NCBI GenBank assembly: GCA_944372445.1
Contig: CALVZE010000003.1
Location: 67,816-121,503 of the forward strand
Direction: 5' to 3'
Origin: an uncultured Clostridia bacterium
GTDB taxonomy: Bacteria > Bacillota > Clostridia > Christensenellales > UBA1242
DNA: 53,688 bases
Each line of letters starts with the position of its first letter. Within the stretch, counting starts at the first letter, position 1. Under the pieces are notes generated by a model, which saw only the letters and a list, made by a program, of their open reading frames with translations, was not told the origin of the DNA and made no database searches. The position numbers were made by a program, and so were the translations under genes. Positions 32,093-42,433 of the stretch are shown here, piece by piece.

Positions 32093-33121
32093 ATGAAAAT
32101 TTGGAAAAGACTAACAGTGTTTTGCTTAGCGTTACTTATGGTGACAGTCAGCGGTTTGCTTTTCGGTTGTAACAAAAAGGACTACAATAAGATTGAGTTA
32201 AACGAAGTCACTCACAGCATCTTCTATGCCCCGCTTTATGTTGCTATAAACAATGGCTACTTTGAAGACGAAGGGCTTGAAGTTTCTCTTACAAATGGTG
32301 GCGGTTCAAACACTTCTATGAGCGCGCTTCTTTCAGGCTCAGCGGACATGATTTTGGCAGGTCCAGAAACAGCAGTTTACACAAATCAACAAGGAGTGTC
32401 AAACGCCCCTGTTGTGTTCGGGCAACTTACACAATGCGATGGCTCCTTTATCGTTTCGAAAGAAGCTGTCGAAGATTTTAGCCTTGAAGATATGGTTGGA
32501 GAAACCATAATCGGCGGAAGAGCTGGCGGACTTCCTGCAATGACTCTTCAATATATTATTGAAGCAAACGGTTATGAAATAGGCACAGGTGCCGACCAAA
32601 TAAATTTAAGAACCGATGTCGCTTTTGACCTCACTGCAAGCGTTTGGGAAAATGATAGCACAGTGAAATACTGCACCCTCTTTGAACCAACAGCAACAAA
32701 TGTTGTAAATTCAATTGAAGGCTCTGAAATTGTTGCAAGCTTAGGTGAACTTTCTGGCTCGATACCATACACCTGCTTCATTGCTCGCGAAAATTATATT
32801 AAGGACCATAGCGATGTTGTTGAAAAATTCTTAACAGCAGTAAAGCGCGCTTACAATTATATTGCCACCAACGATTCCTATGCTGTTGCACAAGCACTTT
32901 TGCCATCCTTTGATGGAAATACCGTAGAAGAGTTACAAGTGGCAGTCGAGCAGTATGTTCTAATTAATGCATGGAGCAATGATATGATAATGTCGAGTGA
33001 GAGCTTCGACAACCTTATGAATGTTATGCTAAATGCTGATGTCATAACAGAAAAATCAGTTTTCTCAGAAGTTGTTGACAACACATTTGCTCAAAAATTG
33101 CTTAAAGAAAATGTAGCCTAA
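32093..33121 (+). CDS. NMT1/SsuA-type ABC substrate-binding lipoprotein
   Basis: Lipobox LFGC; EVTHSIFYAPLYVA...GYFEDEGL; FEP. Confidence 0.85.
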   Translation: MKIWKRLTVFCLALLMVTVSGLLFGCNKKDYNKIELNEVTHSIFYAPLYVAINNGYFEDEGLEVSLTNGGGSNTSMSALLSGSADMILAGPETAVYTNQQGVSNAPVVFGQLTQCDGSFIVSKEAVEDFSLEDMVGETIIGGRAGGLPAMTLQYIIEANGYEIGTGADQINLRTDVAFDLTASVWENDSTVKYCTLFEPTATNVVNSIEGSEIVASLGELSGSIPYTCFIARENYIKDHSDVVEKFLTAVKRAYNYIATNDSYAVAQALLPSFDGNTVEELQVAVEQYVLINAWSNDMIMSSESFDNLMNVMLNADVITEKSVFSEVVDNTFAQKLLKENVA

Positions 33122-33147
33122 AATAAGATTAAAATTTTATTTCTTAC

Positions 33148-33208
33148 AAAAAAATCACTATTTTGCTGATAAATTTGATTAAAAATCAAAAAAAATAGTG
33201 ATTTTTTT
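33148..33208. terminator. Inverted repeat / bidirectional terminator between convergent genes
   Basis: AAAAAATCACTATTTT ... AAAATAGTGATTTTTT. Confidence 0.6.
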
Positions 33209-33443
33209 ATATTTTTATCTTATGTTGCAAAAAAGCGAGTTAACTTTTTCATAAAACTTGTAAAAGCCATATTCTCCTGCTCAGGATGACAAATACAAAT
33301 CTGTTATGATAACCACCGTTTAAAAATGCGATTAAGGTTTTTAAATCTCAATCGCATAATGTCTTCTAGTCGAAACATCTCAGAAAACCGGCTTGTATTA
33401 GACAAGCTCAAGATGACGGATGCGCACTGCACTCTCATAGAAT

Positions 33444-35222
33444 TTAAACTAATTTTTCCATAATTTTAATGTAGTCTTTGCAATAAGCAAAAACATCATC
33501 ATAAATTTCCTCACTTTCAAGGTTACATCCGCAACGCTTTAAAAGCGTGATAGGACTAGCAGTTGAGCCGGACGAAAGGAACTTTTTATATTGTTCAACT
33601 GCGCCTTCATTTTTCTTTAATATGTTTCTTGCGATATTTATTGCTGAAATCATACCGGTGGCATAATTATATACATAAAAGTGAGAATAGAAGTGTGGTA
33701 TGCGCGCCCATTCATATTTCATTTCGTCTAACTGCTCAACCTTATCACCGTGGTAAAAATCATTTAATTCCTTATATTTATTGCACATACTTTCTCTTGT
33801 GAGCGCCTCGCCTTTTTCGTAAGAAGAGTGAGCCCATTCTTCAAATTCGCTAAACATGGACTGTCTGAAAATTGTGGAGCGCACTTCTGTGAGAAAATAA
33901 TCGCAATAATACTTCTTTTCTTCATTATTCTTTGCGTTTTTAAGAAGATAGTCGAGAAGAAGCATTTCATTTGTAATACTTGCCACCTCTGCCACAAAGA
34001 TAACATAACCCGCCGTTTGAATAGGCTGATGCGTGTTAGAATAATAGGAATGCATAGCGTGTCCTAACTCATGAGCAAGCGTAAACACGGAAGATAAATT
34101 TCCTTCAAAATTACATAAGACAACAGGAGTCGCTCCATAACAACCCCATGAAAAAGCTCCGCTGTCTTTGTTTAAGTTTGGATAGACATCAATCCAGCGC
34201 TCCTTAACCGCCCTATCAATCAATGCAACATAGTCATCGCCAAGCACGCTTAATGCCTTTTTAATTAATTCTATCGCCTCTTCATAGGTAAACTTTTGCT
34301 TTGGCATACTTGAAATTGGTGCAAATGTGTCATATATTGCCACTTTGTCAAGATTTAAGGCTTTTCTTTTAATTTCATAAAAATCTTGAAGAATTTTTAT
34401 GTTTTCACGCACCTTCTTTAAGAGCATATAGTAAGCTTTTTCGCTTGCTTCCTCGCCATAAATCTTTTTTGCAAGTGCGGACTTATAGTTTCTAATTTTG
34501 GCAAAAGTGCAAACTTCTTTAACATCGCTTGCATAATTATTTGCGATAAAATTGATAAATTCGCCAAACTTTCCGTTCATACGCTTATACGCATTTTTTC
34601 TTAAAGTTCTATCTTCGCTTTCTGCATAGACTGTAAAATTTGACTGATTAAAAGGATGTTTATTTTTGTATTTATCTTCAATTTCTCCAAAGTCCAAGTC
34701 CACATCGGCGAACTTATCAAAATTATCAGTAAATCCTCCTAAAAATGTGCCTAACTTAGAAATCAAAAGTTCTTCTTTTTTTGATAAAATATGTTTTTTA
34801 GCGCGTCTAATAGCTTCAAACATGCGTTTATAATTTTTAAAGCGCTTATTTTTTTGCAAGATTTTAAGTTTTTCATCAGAAAACTCTGCCATTTCCACTT
34901 CAATATAAGAAGTAAGGCTATAAAACTGAGTGCTTAGCGTGTTAAGTTTTTCACACATTTCATTTGCCTTTGTATCGCTGTTGTCAACTCGTTTCGAAAG
35001 CTCGCTATATAAGGTCAAAAAGCCAAACTCTTTATTAAACGCACAATCTTTTTCTAAACATTCAAAAAGCATATCGTCTTCGTCAAGTTTGCCTTCGTAT
35101 TTTGATATACTTTTAATATCTTTTTCAAGTTTTTTCATGCGTTTATAAAAATCGTCATCATTTTTACAAAATTTGGTTATGTCCCACTTATATTTCTCTT
35201 CAATTTCGCTTCTCTTTTTCAT
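33444..35222 (-). CDS. pepF: Oligoendopeptidase F (M3B)
   Basis: RSEIEEKYKWD, WIDV, K.SGAFS, TLAHELGHAMHS, FVAEVAS, WARIPHFY. Confidence 0.95.
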   Translation of the reverse strand: MKKRSEIEEKYKWDITKFCKNDDDFYKRMKKLEKDIKSISKYEGKLDEDDMLFECLEKDCAFNKEFGFLTLYSELSKRVDNSDTKANEMCEKLNTLSTQFYSLTSYIEVEMAEFSDEKLKILQKNKRFKNYKRMFEAIRRAKKHILSKKEELLISKLGTFLGGFTDNFDKFADVDLDFGEIEDKYKNKHPFNQSNFTVYAESEDRTLRKNAYKRMNGKFGEFINFIANNYASDVKEVCTFAKIRNYKSALAKKIYGEEASEKAYYMLLKKVRENIKILQDFYEIKRKALNLDKVAIYDTFAPISSMPKQKFTYEEAIELIKKALSVLGDDYVALIDRAVKERWIDVYPNLNKDSGAFSWGCYGATPVVLCNFEGNLSSVFTLAHELGHAMHSYYSNTHQPIQTAGYVIFVAEVASITNEMLLLDYLLKNAKNNEEKKYYCDYFLTEVRSTIFRQSMFSEFEEWAHSSYEKGEALTRESMCNKYKELNDFYHGDKVEQLDEMKYEWARIPHFYSHFYVYNYATGMISAINIARNILKKNEGAVEQYKKFLSSGSTASPITLLKRCGCNLESEEIYDDVFAYCKDYIKIMEKLV

Positions 35223-35223
35223 A

Positions 35224-35922
35224 TTACCTCACAAAATACTTATCCATTTTAAATCTTTTCCAAGGTTCTTTTGAAGTGTCAGGACAAGCCATAAACACCA
35301 TTTTATCTTTTGTGGTAGGATGTGTGAAAGAGAGTTTTCCAGCCCACAGTCCTAAATTTTTGGATGACATATTTTTATTTTTACCATATTTTGCATCGCC
35401 ATACAATGGATAGCCAAAGGAAGAAAGTTGCACGCGTATTTGGTGACTACGCCCGGTCAGTATTCTCACTTCAAGCAAGCTCATCTCCCCGTCATTTTCA
35501 AGTTCCTTATAGTTTAGCTCTGCCTTTTTTGCTCCGTTGGTTAGCATAGGAACAACTTTGACGATATTTTCTTTTTCATTTTTTTCAAGGTAATTTATAA
35601 GTGTTTTATTTTTTTCTCTAACTATCTTTGTAGTTACCGCATAATAAACTTTCTCAACCTCGTGACTTGCAAACTCCTCTGACAAACGCTTAGCCGACTT
35701 TGAATTTCGTGCAAACACCATAATTCCACCCGTAGGTCTGTCCAGCCTATGCACCAGCCCTATATACGCCTCGCCAGGCTTATTATATTTTTCTTTAATA
35801 TATGCTTTCACCATGGTGAGCATGTCTATATCTTTACTGTTATCGCTCTGCGTAGGCACATTCTGAGGTTTTAAAACAACCACTATTTGATTATCTTCAT
35901 AAAGCACATTTAATTTTTCCAT
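35224..35922 (-). CDS. RluA family pseudouridine synthase
   Basis: LYEDN, VHRLDRPTGG, TGRSHQIRVQ, GDAKYG; start at MEKL 35922. Confidence 0.93.
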   Translation of the reverse strand: MEKLNVLYEDNQIVVVLKPQNVPTQSDNSKDIDMLTMVKAYIKEKYNKPGEAYIGLVHRLDRPTGGIMVFARNSKSAKRLSEEFASHEVEKVYYAVTTKIVREKNKTLINYLEKNEKENIVKVVPMLTNGAKKAELNYKELENDGEMSLLEVRILTGRSHQIRVQLSSFGYPLYGDAKYGKNKNMSSKNLGLWAGKLSFTHPTTKDKMVFMACPDTSKEPWKRFKMDKYFVR

Positions 35923-36758
35923 ATTTTCACCCCTGTCGCGCCACATGGCAAAATATAATCTTCACAAGTAATTAGCCCTATCTCATCCGCTTCAACGTTA
36001 TCTTTTCCAAAAATCCCTTTAAGAAGATTGGCAATGACCGTTGGTTGGAGTCCTGTCGTGTAGGAATTGATAAGCACAAAAAGCGGATTTTTAGACAACA
36101 CTTTTTTTGTAAGTTCCACAAAATCGGCAAGATTATCTTCAAGCTTCCACATTTCACCATTCGGACCTCTACCATAGCTTGGCGGGTCCATGATGATAGC
36201 ATCATAGAAATTCCCACGCCTTATCTCTCGCTCAATAAACTTTTGACAATCATCAACAATAAAACGAATGTTTGATATGTTGTTGAGCTTGGCGTTTTCT
36301 TTTGCTCGTTCCACCATGCCCTTCGAAGCGTCCACATGCGTAACGATGGCTCCCGCCTTAGATAGCGCCACAGAAGCACCGCCTGTATAAGCAAAGAGGT
36401 TTAATATTTTTATCTCTCTTTTGCTGTCTTTAACAAGCTTTTGCATTAATTCCCAATTTACCGCTTGCTCTGGGAAGATGCCGGTGTGTTTAAAGCCCAT
36501 AGGCTTAACAATAAATTTTAAATCTTTCCATGAAATTAGCCAGTTGTCAGGCAAACTTTTGTTATAATGCCAAAGCCCACCGCCTTCGCGTTTCTCATAA
36601 TACGCATCGACATCCTTTCGTTTAAATAGGTCGCTTTTAGCGTGCCAAATAACCTGCGGGTCAGGACGAAGCAAACTAAACTTACCCCAAGTTTCCAGCT
36701 TGTAGCCATCCCCTGTCGAAATCACTTTATAATCTTTCCAACTATCACAAACTCTCAT
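35910..36758 (-). CDS. Class I SAM-dependent methyltransferase (RlmI/RlmK-like)
   Basis: RPDPQ, FKHTGIFPEQA.NW, LNLFAYTG, HVDAS, DPPSY. Confidence 0.88.
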   Translation of the reverse strand: MRVCDSWKDYKVISTGDGYKLETWGKFSLLRPDPQVIWHAKSDLFKRKDVDAYYEKREGGGLWHYNKSLPDNWLISWKDLKFIVKPMGFKHTGIFPEQAVNWELMQKLVKDSKREIKILNLFAYTGGASVALSKAGAIVTHVDASKGMVERAKENAKLNNISNIRFIVDDCQKFIEREIRRGNFYDAIIMDPPSYGRGPNGEMWKLEDNLADFVELTKKVLSKNPLFVLINSYTTGLQPTVIANLLKGIFGKDNVEADEIGLITCEDYILPCGATGVKIWKN

Positions 36759-36791
36759 AAAATTCCTTTTTATTTGTTTTGTAGCTTGATT

Positions 36792-39700
36792 TTAAACTCT
36801 TTCAATATTAACAGTTATAGCTTTTCCATCAACTTCAAAATTGAATGAGTGCGTTCCGTTTGCTCCTTTTTTAACCCTATCAGACAAGGTTCCTTTCTTG
36901 ACAACATCGGAATACTTCAAAATTAAATCAACAAGTTTTTCGTCACCGCTCACTTCAATTTGGATATGATTTACCACTTCAAAATCGCTCTCCTTACGGA
37001 AATTTTGGACTTTACTAATAAATTCTTTTATAGTTCCTTTTTCAATCAATTCTTCGGTGAGTTTAGTTTCCAAAACGACGGTTATATCTCCATTAGTTTC
37101 ACTTGCAAACCCGTCTTTGTTTTTAAGTCCAATAAGTAAATCAGCCTCAGTAAGCTCAACCGCTTCCCCGTTAACTTTAAACTTCAAACTCTCGCCGTGT
37201 CTTACCTTATTTACCGCTTCCACAGAATTTTCTTTTGATAAATATTCCTTAATTCCACCTAAAAGTTTTCCATATTTTGGACCAACCGTTCGAAGTTGTG
37301 GTTTAAGTTCATAGGAAACATACTCATCAGCATTATGCAAAATTTCAAGTTCCTCAACATTAAGTTCGTCCTTAACAAGTTCTTGAAGTTCTTCATCAAG
37401 TTTAAGTTCTTTTGATGAGCAGACAATCACTTTTGAAAGTGGTTGGCGATTTTTAACATTGCTAGCACTTCTGCAAGCTCTTCCAAGAAGCACAATATCA
37501 AGAACCTTAGCCATACCTTCATTTAAACTTGCGTCAATCAAACTTTCATCACACTCAGGGAATTTACAGAAGTGGACACTTATAGGAGCGTTAGCGTCTA
37601 AGCTTCTCACAAGATTTTGATAAATTTCTTCTGCAATAAATGGCACAAAAGGAGCTATAAGTTTTGACAGACCCACCAAAACTTCATAGAGTGTCTTATA
37701 GGCTGAAATCTTATCGTCATTTTCTTCGCTCCCCCAGAATCTTTCACGAGAGCGTCTTATATACCAGTTTGAAAGCCTATCCACAAACTCACTGATAGCT
37801 CTTGTAGGAGTTTGAAGTTCATATTTATCTAATGAGTCATCAACGAGCTTAATTAAAGCATGAAAATCCGAAAGTAACCACTTGTCTAAAAAAGAAAGCT
37901 TGCAGTCTTTTAAATGGTATTTAGTCGGGTCAATCTTATCAATTTCAGCATAAAGCACATAGAAACAATAAACATTCCAAAGAGTTCCCATAAACTTTCT
38001 TTGAAGGTCAACTAAATTTTCTTCAATGAAAGGAAGTCCTTGCGCTGGACTGCAACTTGAAAAGAAATACCACCTTACGCCGTCAGCGCCATATTTTGAT
38101 AAAACATACCAAGGGTCAACACCATTTTTTAAACTCTTACTCATTTTAAGTCCGTTTTTGTCAAGAACAAGCCCTAAAACATTGCACGCCTTAAATGGTG
38201 CTTTTCCAAACACAGCAGTATTAACAGATAGTAGTGTGTTAAACCATCCACGAGTTTGGTCAATGGCTTCGCTGATATAATCTGCACAAAATGCTTTTTT
38301 GAAAGTTTCTTGATTTTCAAAAGGATAATGATATTGAGCAAATGGCATAGAGCCACTATCAAACCAGCAATCCATAACTTCAGGAGTTCTTCTCATTTCC
38401 TTTCCACACTTAGGACAAGGAAAAGTGATTTTATCAAGTGTTGGCTTGTGGAGGTCAAGTTCTTCTGTCACACCAGAAAGTTCTCTTAACTCTTTTACAC
38501 TGCCAATCACATGAATATGACCATTTTCGCATTTCCAGAAAGGAAGCGGTGTTCCCCAATAACGATTTCTTGAAATATTCCAATCGATGTTATTTGCAAG
38601 GAAATTGCCCATTCTTCCATTTTTAATATAGTCAGGAATCCAATTAATCTCTTGATTATTCTCAACAAGTTGTTCTCTTATCGCTGTTGTCTTAACAAAC
38701 CAAGCGTCTTGTGCGTAATATAAAAGAGGACTTTTGCAACGCCAACAATGAGGATAAGAGTGTTCTATAGGTTGAACTTTGAAAAGTTTATCTTCCTCTT
38801 CCAACTTTTTAATTATCAACTTGTCCGCATCTTTAACAAACATACCAGCGAAATCTGTTTCTTTGGTCATGTTGCCTTCGCTATCTACAAGCTGAACGAA
38901 ATCTAAGCCGTATTTAATGCCAACCTTGTAGTCATCTTCACCAAATGCCGGAGCGATATGAACAATGCCCGTTCCGTCTTCGGTTGTAACATAATCAGCG
39001 CATGTCACAATGTAACCCTTTTTCACTTTATCTTTAACATAATCAAAAAGTGGAGCATAGCGATGATTTTCAAACTCCTTCCCTTTCTTTGTGTAAACCT
39101 TTTTAAAGCTTCCTTCTTCAAAAAGAGTAGGAATAAGTTTGTCAAGCATGATGTAGTTTTTGCCATCAAAGAAAAGTTTTGTGTATTCCTCTTCTGGATT
39201 CATACAAAGAGCAATGTTTGACGGCAAAGTCCAAGGTGTTGTCGTCCAAACAAGAAAATAGGTGTTGTCTTCATCTAGACTTTTCATTTTAACATAGACA
39301 GATTTTTCTTTCAAAATCTTATAGTTATCGCCGTTTTCAAGCTCCGCTTTTGAAAGAGAAGTTCCGCATCGTGGGCAATACGGCACAACCTTGTGTCCTT
39401 GATAAATAAGTCCTTTTTTGTCCATTTCTTTTAAAGCCCAAAAGACGCTTTCAATATAAGAATTATCATAAGTGATATAAGGATGTTCCATATCCACCCA
39501 ATAGCCCACCTTGTCAGTTAAGTCTTCCCACATTGCCTTATACTTCCACACAGAATTTTTGCAGTGCTCAATAAATTTGTCAATGCCATAGTTTTCAATA
39601 TCTTTCTTTCCATTGAAGCCAAGTTCTTTTTCAACTTCCACTTCAACAGGAAGACCGTGTGTGTCCCAGCCAGCCTTACGATAGATATAATAACCCTTCA

Positions 39701-39923
39701 TTGACTTATAACGAGGAATAACATCCTTCATAGCGCGAGTTAGAACATGTCCAATATGAGGCTTTCCGTTCGCCGTAGGTGGTCCATCATGCAAAACAAA
39801 AGTTTTGTCACTGTTTTCATTAAATTTAAGTGCTTTGTCAATAATTTTATTTTCCTTCCAAAATTTCAAGACTTTTTCTTCATTACCCACAAAATCTAGT
39901 TTTGAATCAACCTTTCTATACAT
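36792..39923 (-). CDS. ileS: Isoleucine--tRNA ligase (IleRS2 type)
   Basis: DGPPTANG, HIGH, GWDTHGLP, WTTTPWT, KMSKS; long C-terminus; GGAGG RBS before ATG 39923. Confidence 0.97.
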   Translation of the reverse strand: MYRKVDSKLDFVGNEEKVLKFWKENKIIDKALKFNENSDKTFVLHDGPPTANGKPHIGHVLTRAMKDVIPRYKSMKGYYIYRKAGWDTHGLPVEVEVEKELGFNGKKDIENYGIDKFIEHCKNSVWKYKAMWEDLTDKVGYWVDMEHPYITYDNSYIESVFWALKEMDKKGLIYQGHKVVPYCPRCGTSLSKAELENGDNYKILKEKSVYVKMKSLDEDNTYFLVWTTTPWTLPSNIALCMNPEEEYTKLFFDGKNYIMLDKLIPTLFEEGSFKKVYTKKGKEFENHRYAPLFDYVKDKVKKGYIVTCADYVTTEDGTGIVHIAPAFGEDDYKVGIKYGLDFVQLVDSEGNMTKETDFAGMFVKDADKLIIKKLEEEDKLFKVQPIEHSYPHCWRCKSPLLYYAQDAWFVKTTAIREQLVENNQEINWIPDYIKNGRMGNFLANNIDWNISRNRYWGTPLPFWKCENGHIHVIGSVKELRELSGVTEELDLHKPTLDKITFPCPKCGKEMRRTPEVMDCWFDSGSMPFAQYHYPFENQETFKKAFCADYISEAIDQTRGWFNTLLSVNTAVFGKAPFKACNVLGLVLDKNGLKMSKSLKNGVDPWYVLSKYGADGVRWYFFSSCSPAQGLPFIEENLVDLQRKFMGTLWNVYCFYVLYAEIDKIDPTKYHLKDCKLSFLDKWLLSDFHALIKLVDDSLDKYELQTPTRAISEFVDRLSNWYIRRSRERFWGSEENDDKISAYKTLYEVLVGLSKLIAPFVPFIAEEIYQNLVRSLDANAPISVHFCKFPECDESLIDASLNEGMAKVLDIVLLGRACRSASNVKNRQPLSKVIVCSSKELKLDEELQELVKDELNVEELEILHNADEYVSYELKPQLRTVGPKYGKLLGGIKEYLSKENSVEAVNKVRHGESLKFKVNGEAVELTEADLLIGLKNKDGFASETNGDITVVLETKLTEELIEKGTIKEFISKVQNFRKESDFEVVNHIQIEVSGDEKLVDLILKYSDVVKKGTLSDRVKKGANGTHSFNFEVDGKAITVNIERV

Positions 39924-39936
39924 ATATACCTCCATA

Positions 39937-40165
39937 AAAAAATTCTTAGCAAAACAAGACTTCGCTAAGAAGATTAAACCACTTGTTTTACTCGTGAGCT
40001 AGCACTCACTTCTTCTATCACGGGAAGTCCCGTCTAAGCTTACTAAAATTTTCAGCCAGAAGCTCGAAAAGTGATAACCTTAACCATCTTCATATTGCCT
40101 TACACCAAACGGCAACTCTCTGTAATGACAAATGGAAAGATGTTGTCTTTTCTCAAACGCCTTTA
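39937..40165 (-). ncRNA. T-box riboswitch (Ile)
   Basis: On the minus strand: AGAGA and GGTG stem-I motifs, specifier ATC at 40075-40073, AGTA, antiterminator AAAACAAG-TGGT...CTTGTTTT, terminator TTCTTAGC/GCTAAGAA plus T run. Confidence 0.85.
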
Positions 40166-40209
40166 AATATAATTTAGAAAACAAACACAAAAATTGTTTT
40201 CCTTGTTTA

Positions 40210-40238
40210 AGTATAACGATTATAAACTAAATTGTCAA
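40210..40238 (-). promoter_or_regulatory. Sigma-A promoter of the ileS leader
   Basis: TTGACA (40238-40233), 17-nt spacer, TATACT (40215-40210). Confidence 0.8.
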
Positions 40239-40248
40239 CAAAAATTTA

Positions 40249-40980
40249 TCAATAATTTTCAAGAATACTATTCATCTTAATAACATCAGTGCCTGTTATA
40301 ATTCCAAGAGGCTTTTCCTTTGCTCCGCCGTTCTTTGTAACAAGAATAGCAAGAAGTTTAGAATTGTTATGGAAGAATTCCAGCGCTTCTTCCACCGTCA
40401 AGTCTTTGTTTGCAAAAACGTAATAATTGCTATTTTCAATCTTAGAGAGCATATCTTCAATTTTTACGTTATCTAAAAAGACATCCGCCTTTCCACCTGT
40501 AATTAAAAATTTACCTAGCGCATCTAAAATCTTCTGCCCGTTAGCCACGCCTATTATCTCTCCTGAATTATCAAAAACAGGAATGTTTGAATAATTTGAA
40601 GAGGCAATTAAAATGATAGCTTCACGCATGGATTTTCCACTTGAAAGCGTGAGAACATCACGCCTACACACCGTTTCAAGTGCCTTTGGTGGAGCCGTCA
40701 AAAGCCTTTCAATTTTTTCAATCTGCTCCACAACTTCATAGTGTGGTTCTGCCATTATGTAATCTTCATTTCCGTGAACGATGGCATTTCTTAGCCTGCC
40801 AAAATCAATTAAATCGTCCTCATATTTTCTGACGATATAGTTTAGAGCCACGCTACGCCTAATAAGTTCTGAAAAGCCCATGCTTCTGTTTAAGTTATAT
40901 CTTGTTCTAATGGTATAATCTATATTATTATACGATTGCAAAAAACGCTGTGCATTTGATAAATCTTTTTTTTCTTTCAT
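40249..40980 (-). CDS. CBS-domain protein
   Basis: LRNAIVH N-terminal domain; YSNIPVFD and PLGIITGTD CBS pair. Confidence 0.8.
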   Translation of the reverse strand: MKEKKDLSNAQRFLQSYNNIDYTIRTRYNLNRSMGFSELIRRSVALNYIVRKYEDDLIDFGRLRNAIVHGNEDYIMAEPHYEVVEQIEKIERLLTAPPKALETVCRRDVLTLSSGKSMREAIILIASSNYSNIPVFDNSGEIIGVANGQKILDALGKFLITGGKADVFLDNVKIEDMLSKIENSNYYVFANKDLTVEEALEFFHNNSKLLAILVTKNGGAKEKPLGIITGTDVIKMNSILENY

Positions 40981-41155
40981 GTTTCACCTTTTAGAATTAT
41001 TGCGCATAAAATGCTTAACAAGGTTATTATACCTTTTTTTTGTAAAAAAGAAAAACAAATTGAAGATAAATCTAAAAATTTTAAAAAAATCGACAATTTT
41101 TAGCATTTTTCATATTTTTTGCAAGATTGAAAAGTGAAAAGCATATATATAAAGC

Positions 41156-41827
41156 GTGAGAAAACTTTGCTATTTACAGCGTAAATCCAGAAAAAGACGG
41201 AGGATAATAGCAATTTTGCTTTTGTGTCTAATTATCACCTCAATTTTATTGTATGTGTTTTGTATTATAAATCCTGTTGTCAAAGAGGCAACTTGGGCAT
41301 CTATCTATTCACTTTCGACCTCCGCGGTGAGCGATGCTGTTTATGATGTCATAGCCGAACAAAATGTTAAATATGAAGATTTAGTTGAACTTTCTTATGA
41401 TAATAATGGCGACATAACGCTTGTGTCGATAGACACTGTGCTTGTCAACAATCTTGCGCGACGATTTTATCAAGTGGCACAAGTTTATCTTGACCAAATG
41501 GGAAAAAACGGAATTGATATTGCGATTGGCACCTTCACAGGCTTACCTTTTCTTGTGGGAATAGGACCAACAGTCAATATCAAATTTGTGCAAATAGGCG
41601 CCATGACCTCATGTTTCAAAAGCAAGTTTACTAGCGCTGGCGTCAACCAAACAAATCATTCTTTATATATAGAGCTACATGCCAGCGTCAGCTTAGTGCT
41701 TCCAACATATTCTTCAACAGTTGACAGTGTCACTGAATTTCTTGTAACAGAGAGTGTTATTGTTGGAGATGTGCCAGATGTATATTTTGGTTCAGATAAC
41801 ATTGTGACCCTTGCGCCAAGCAGTTGA
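41156..41827 (+). CDS. yunB: Sporulation protein YunB
   Basis: N-terminal TM segment, IAIGTFTG...GP, F.SAGVNQT.H, ESVIVGDVP. Confidence 0.88.
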   Translation: MRKLCYLQRKSRKRRRIIAILLLCLIITSILLYVFCIINPVVKEATWASIYSLSTSAVSDAVYDVIAEQNVKYEDLVELSYDNNGDITLVSIDTVLVNNLARRFYQVAQVYLDQMGKNGIDIAIGTFTGLPFLVGIGPTVNIKFVQIGAMTSCFKSKFTSAGVNQTNHSLYIELHASVSLVLPTYSSTVDSVTEFLVTESVIVGDVPDVYFGSDNIVTLAPSS

Positions 41828-41919
41828 CAAATTATTCAAAATAATGCACTAAAATTATAAAAAGTAAAACGAAAAACATCGAATTTTAATCTTTTCTTTA
41901 ATAAATTTTTTAATAAATT

Positions 41920-41968
41920 AAACAATATATGGTGTAGTATGCATTAAATACTACACCATATATTTACT
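41920..41968. repeat. NrdR-box-like dispersed repeat, copy 4, forming a perfect 17-bp inverted repeat
   Basis: AATATATGGTGTAGTAT-gcattaa-ATACTACACCATATATT between convergent yunB and spoVAE. Confidence 0.7.
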
Positions 41969-42332
41969 TTTTTGTGTGCGAGTGAAAAATCAATGCAAAG
42001 ATGAAAGCGAAGACAATCGCCGCGGCAATCCCTCCTGCCGTTGCGGTAAGTCCACCCGTAAAAATACCTAGTAATCCTTGCGACTTCACTGCTCCGATTG
42101 CCCCTTTGGCAAGTGACGCGCCAAAGCCGATAATAGGAACATTGATGCCAGCCCCTGCAAAGTCGGAAATATACTTAAAAACGCCGACCGCTTCTAAAAA
42201 CACACCGATAAGCACAAATGTGACAAGTATGCGCGCGGAGGTGATGTTGGTTGTGATTATCAATATCTCGCCAATCATGCACACCAATCCGCCTATAATA
42301 AATACCCATAAATAATCAATAAACATCTCCAT
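41964..42332 (-). CDS. spoVAE: Stage V sporulation protein AE (SpoVAC/AEb family)
   Basis: FIIGGLVCMIGEIL, ARILVTFV, FAGAG..VPI.GFG.SLAKG, GIAAAIVF; follows spoVAD; GGGAG RBS before ATG 42332. Confidence 0.9.
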   Translation of the reverse strand: MEMFIDYLWVFIIGGLVCMIGEILIITTNITSARILVTFVLIGVFLEAVGVFKYISDFAGAGINVPIIGFGASLAKGAIGAVKSQGLLGIFTGGLTATAGGIAAAIVFAFIFALIFHSHTKK

Positions 42333-42433
42333 AAATAACTCCCACAATAATAAAACTTAGAACTTCTTTTGTTTCGTTGGAAAAAACAAATTTGGTTTCC
42401 AAAAGCTGATTATATTATATAGCCTCAAACTAA

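Noticed and set aside
41100-41155. Sigma-E promoter of yunB (GCATATATAT)
   Set aside because: Plausible from context, but the consensus is too degenerate in AT-rich DNA to call.
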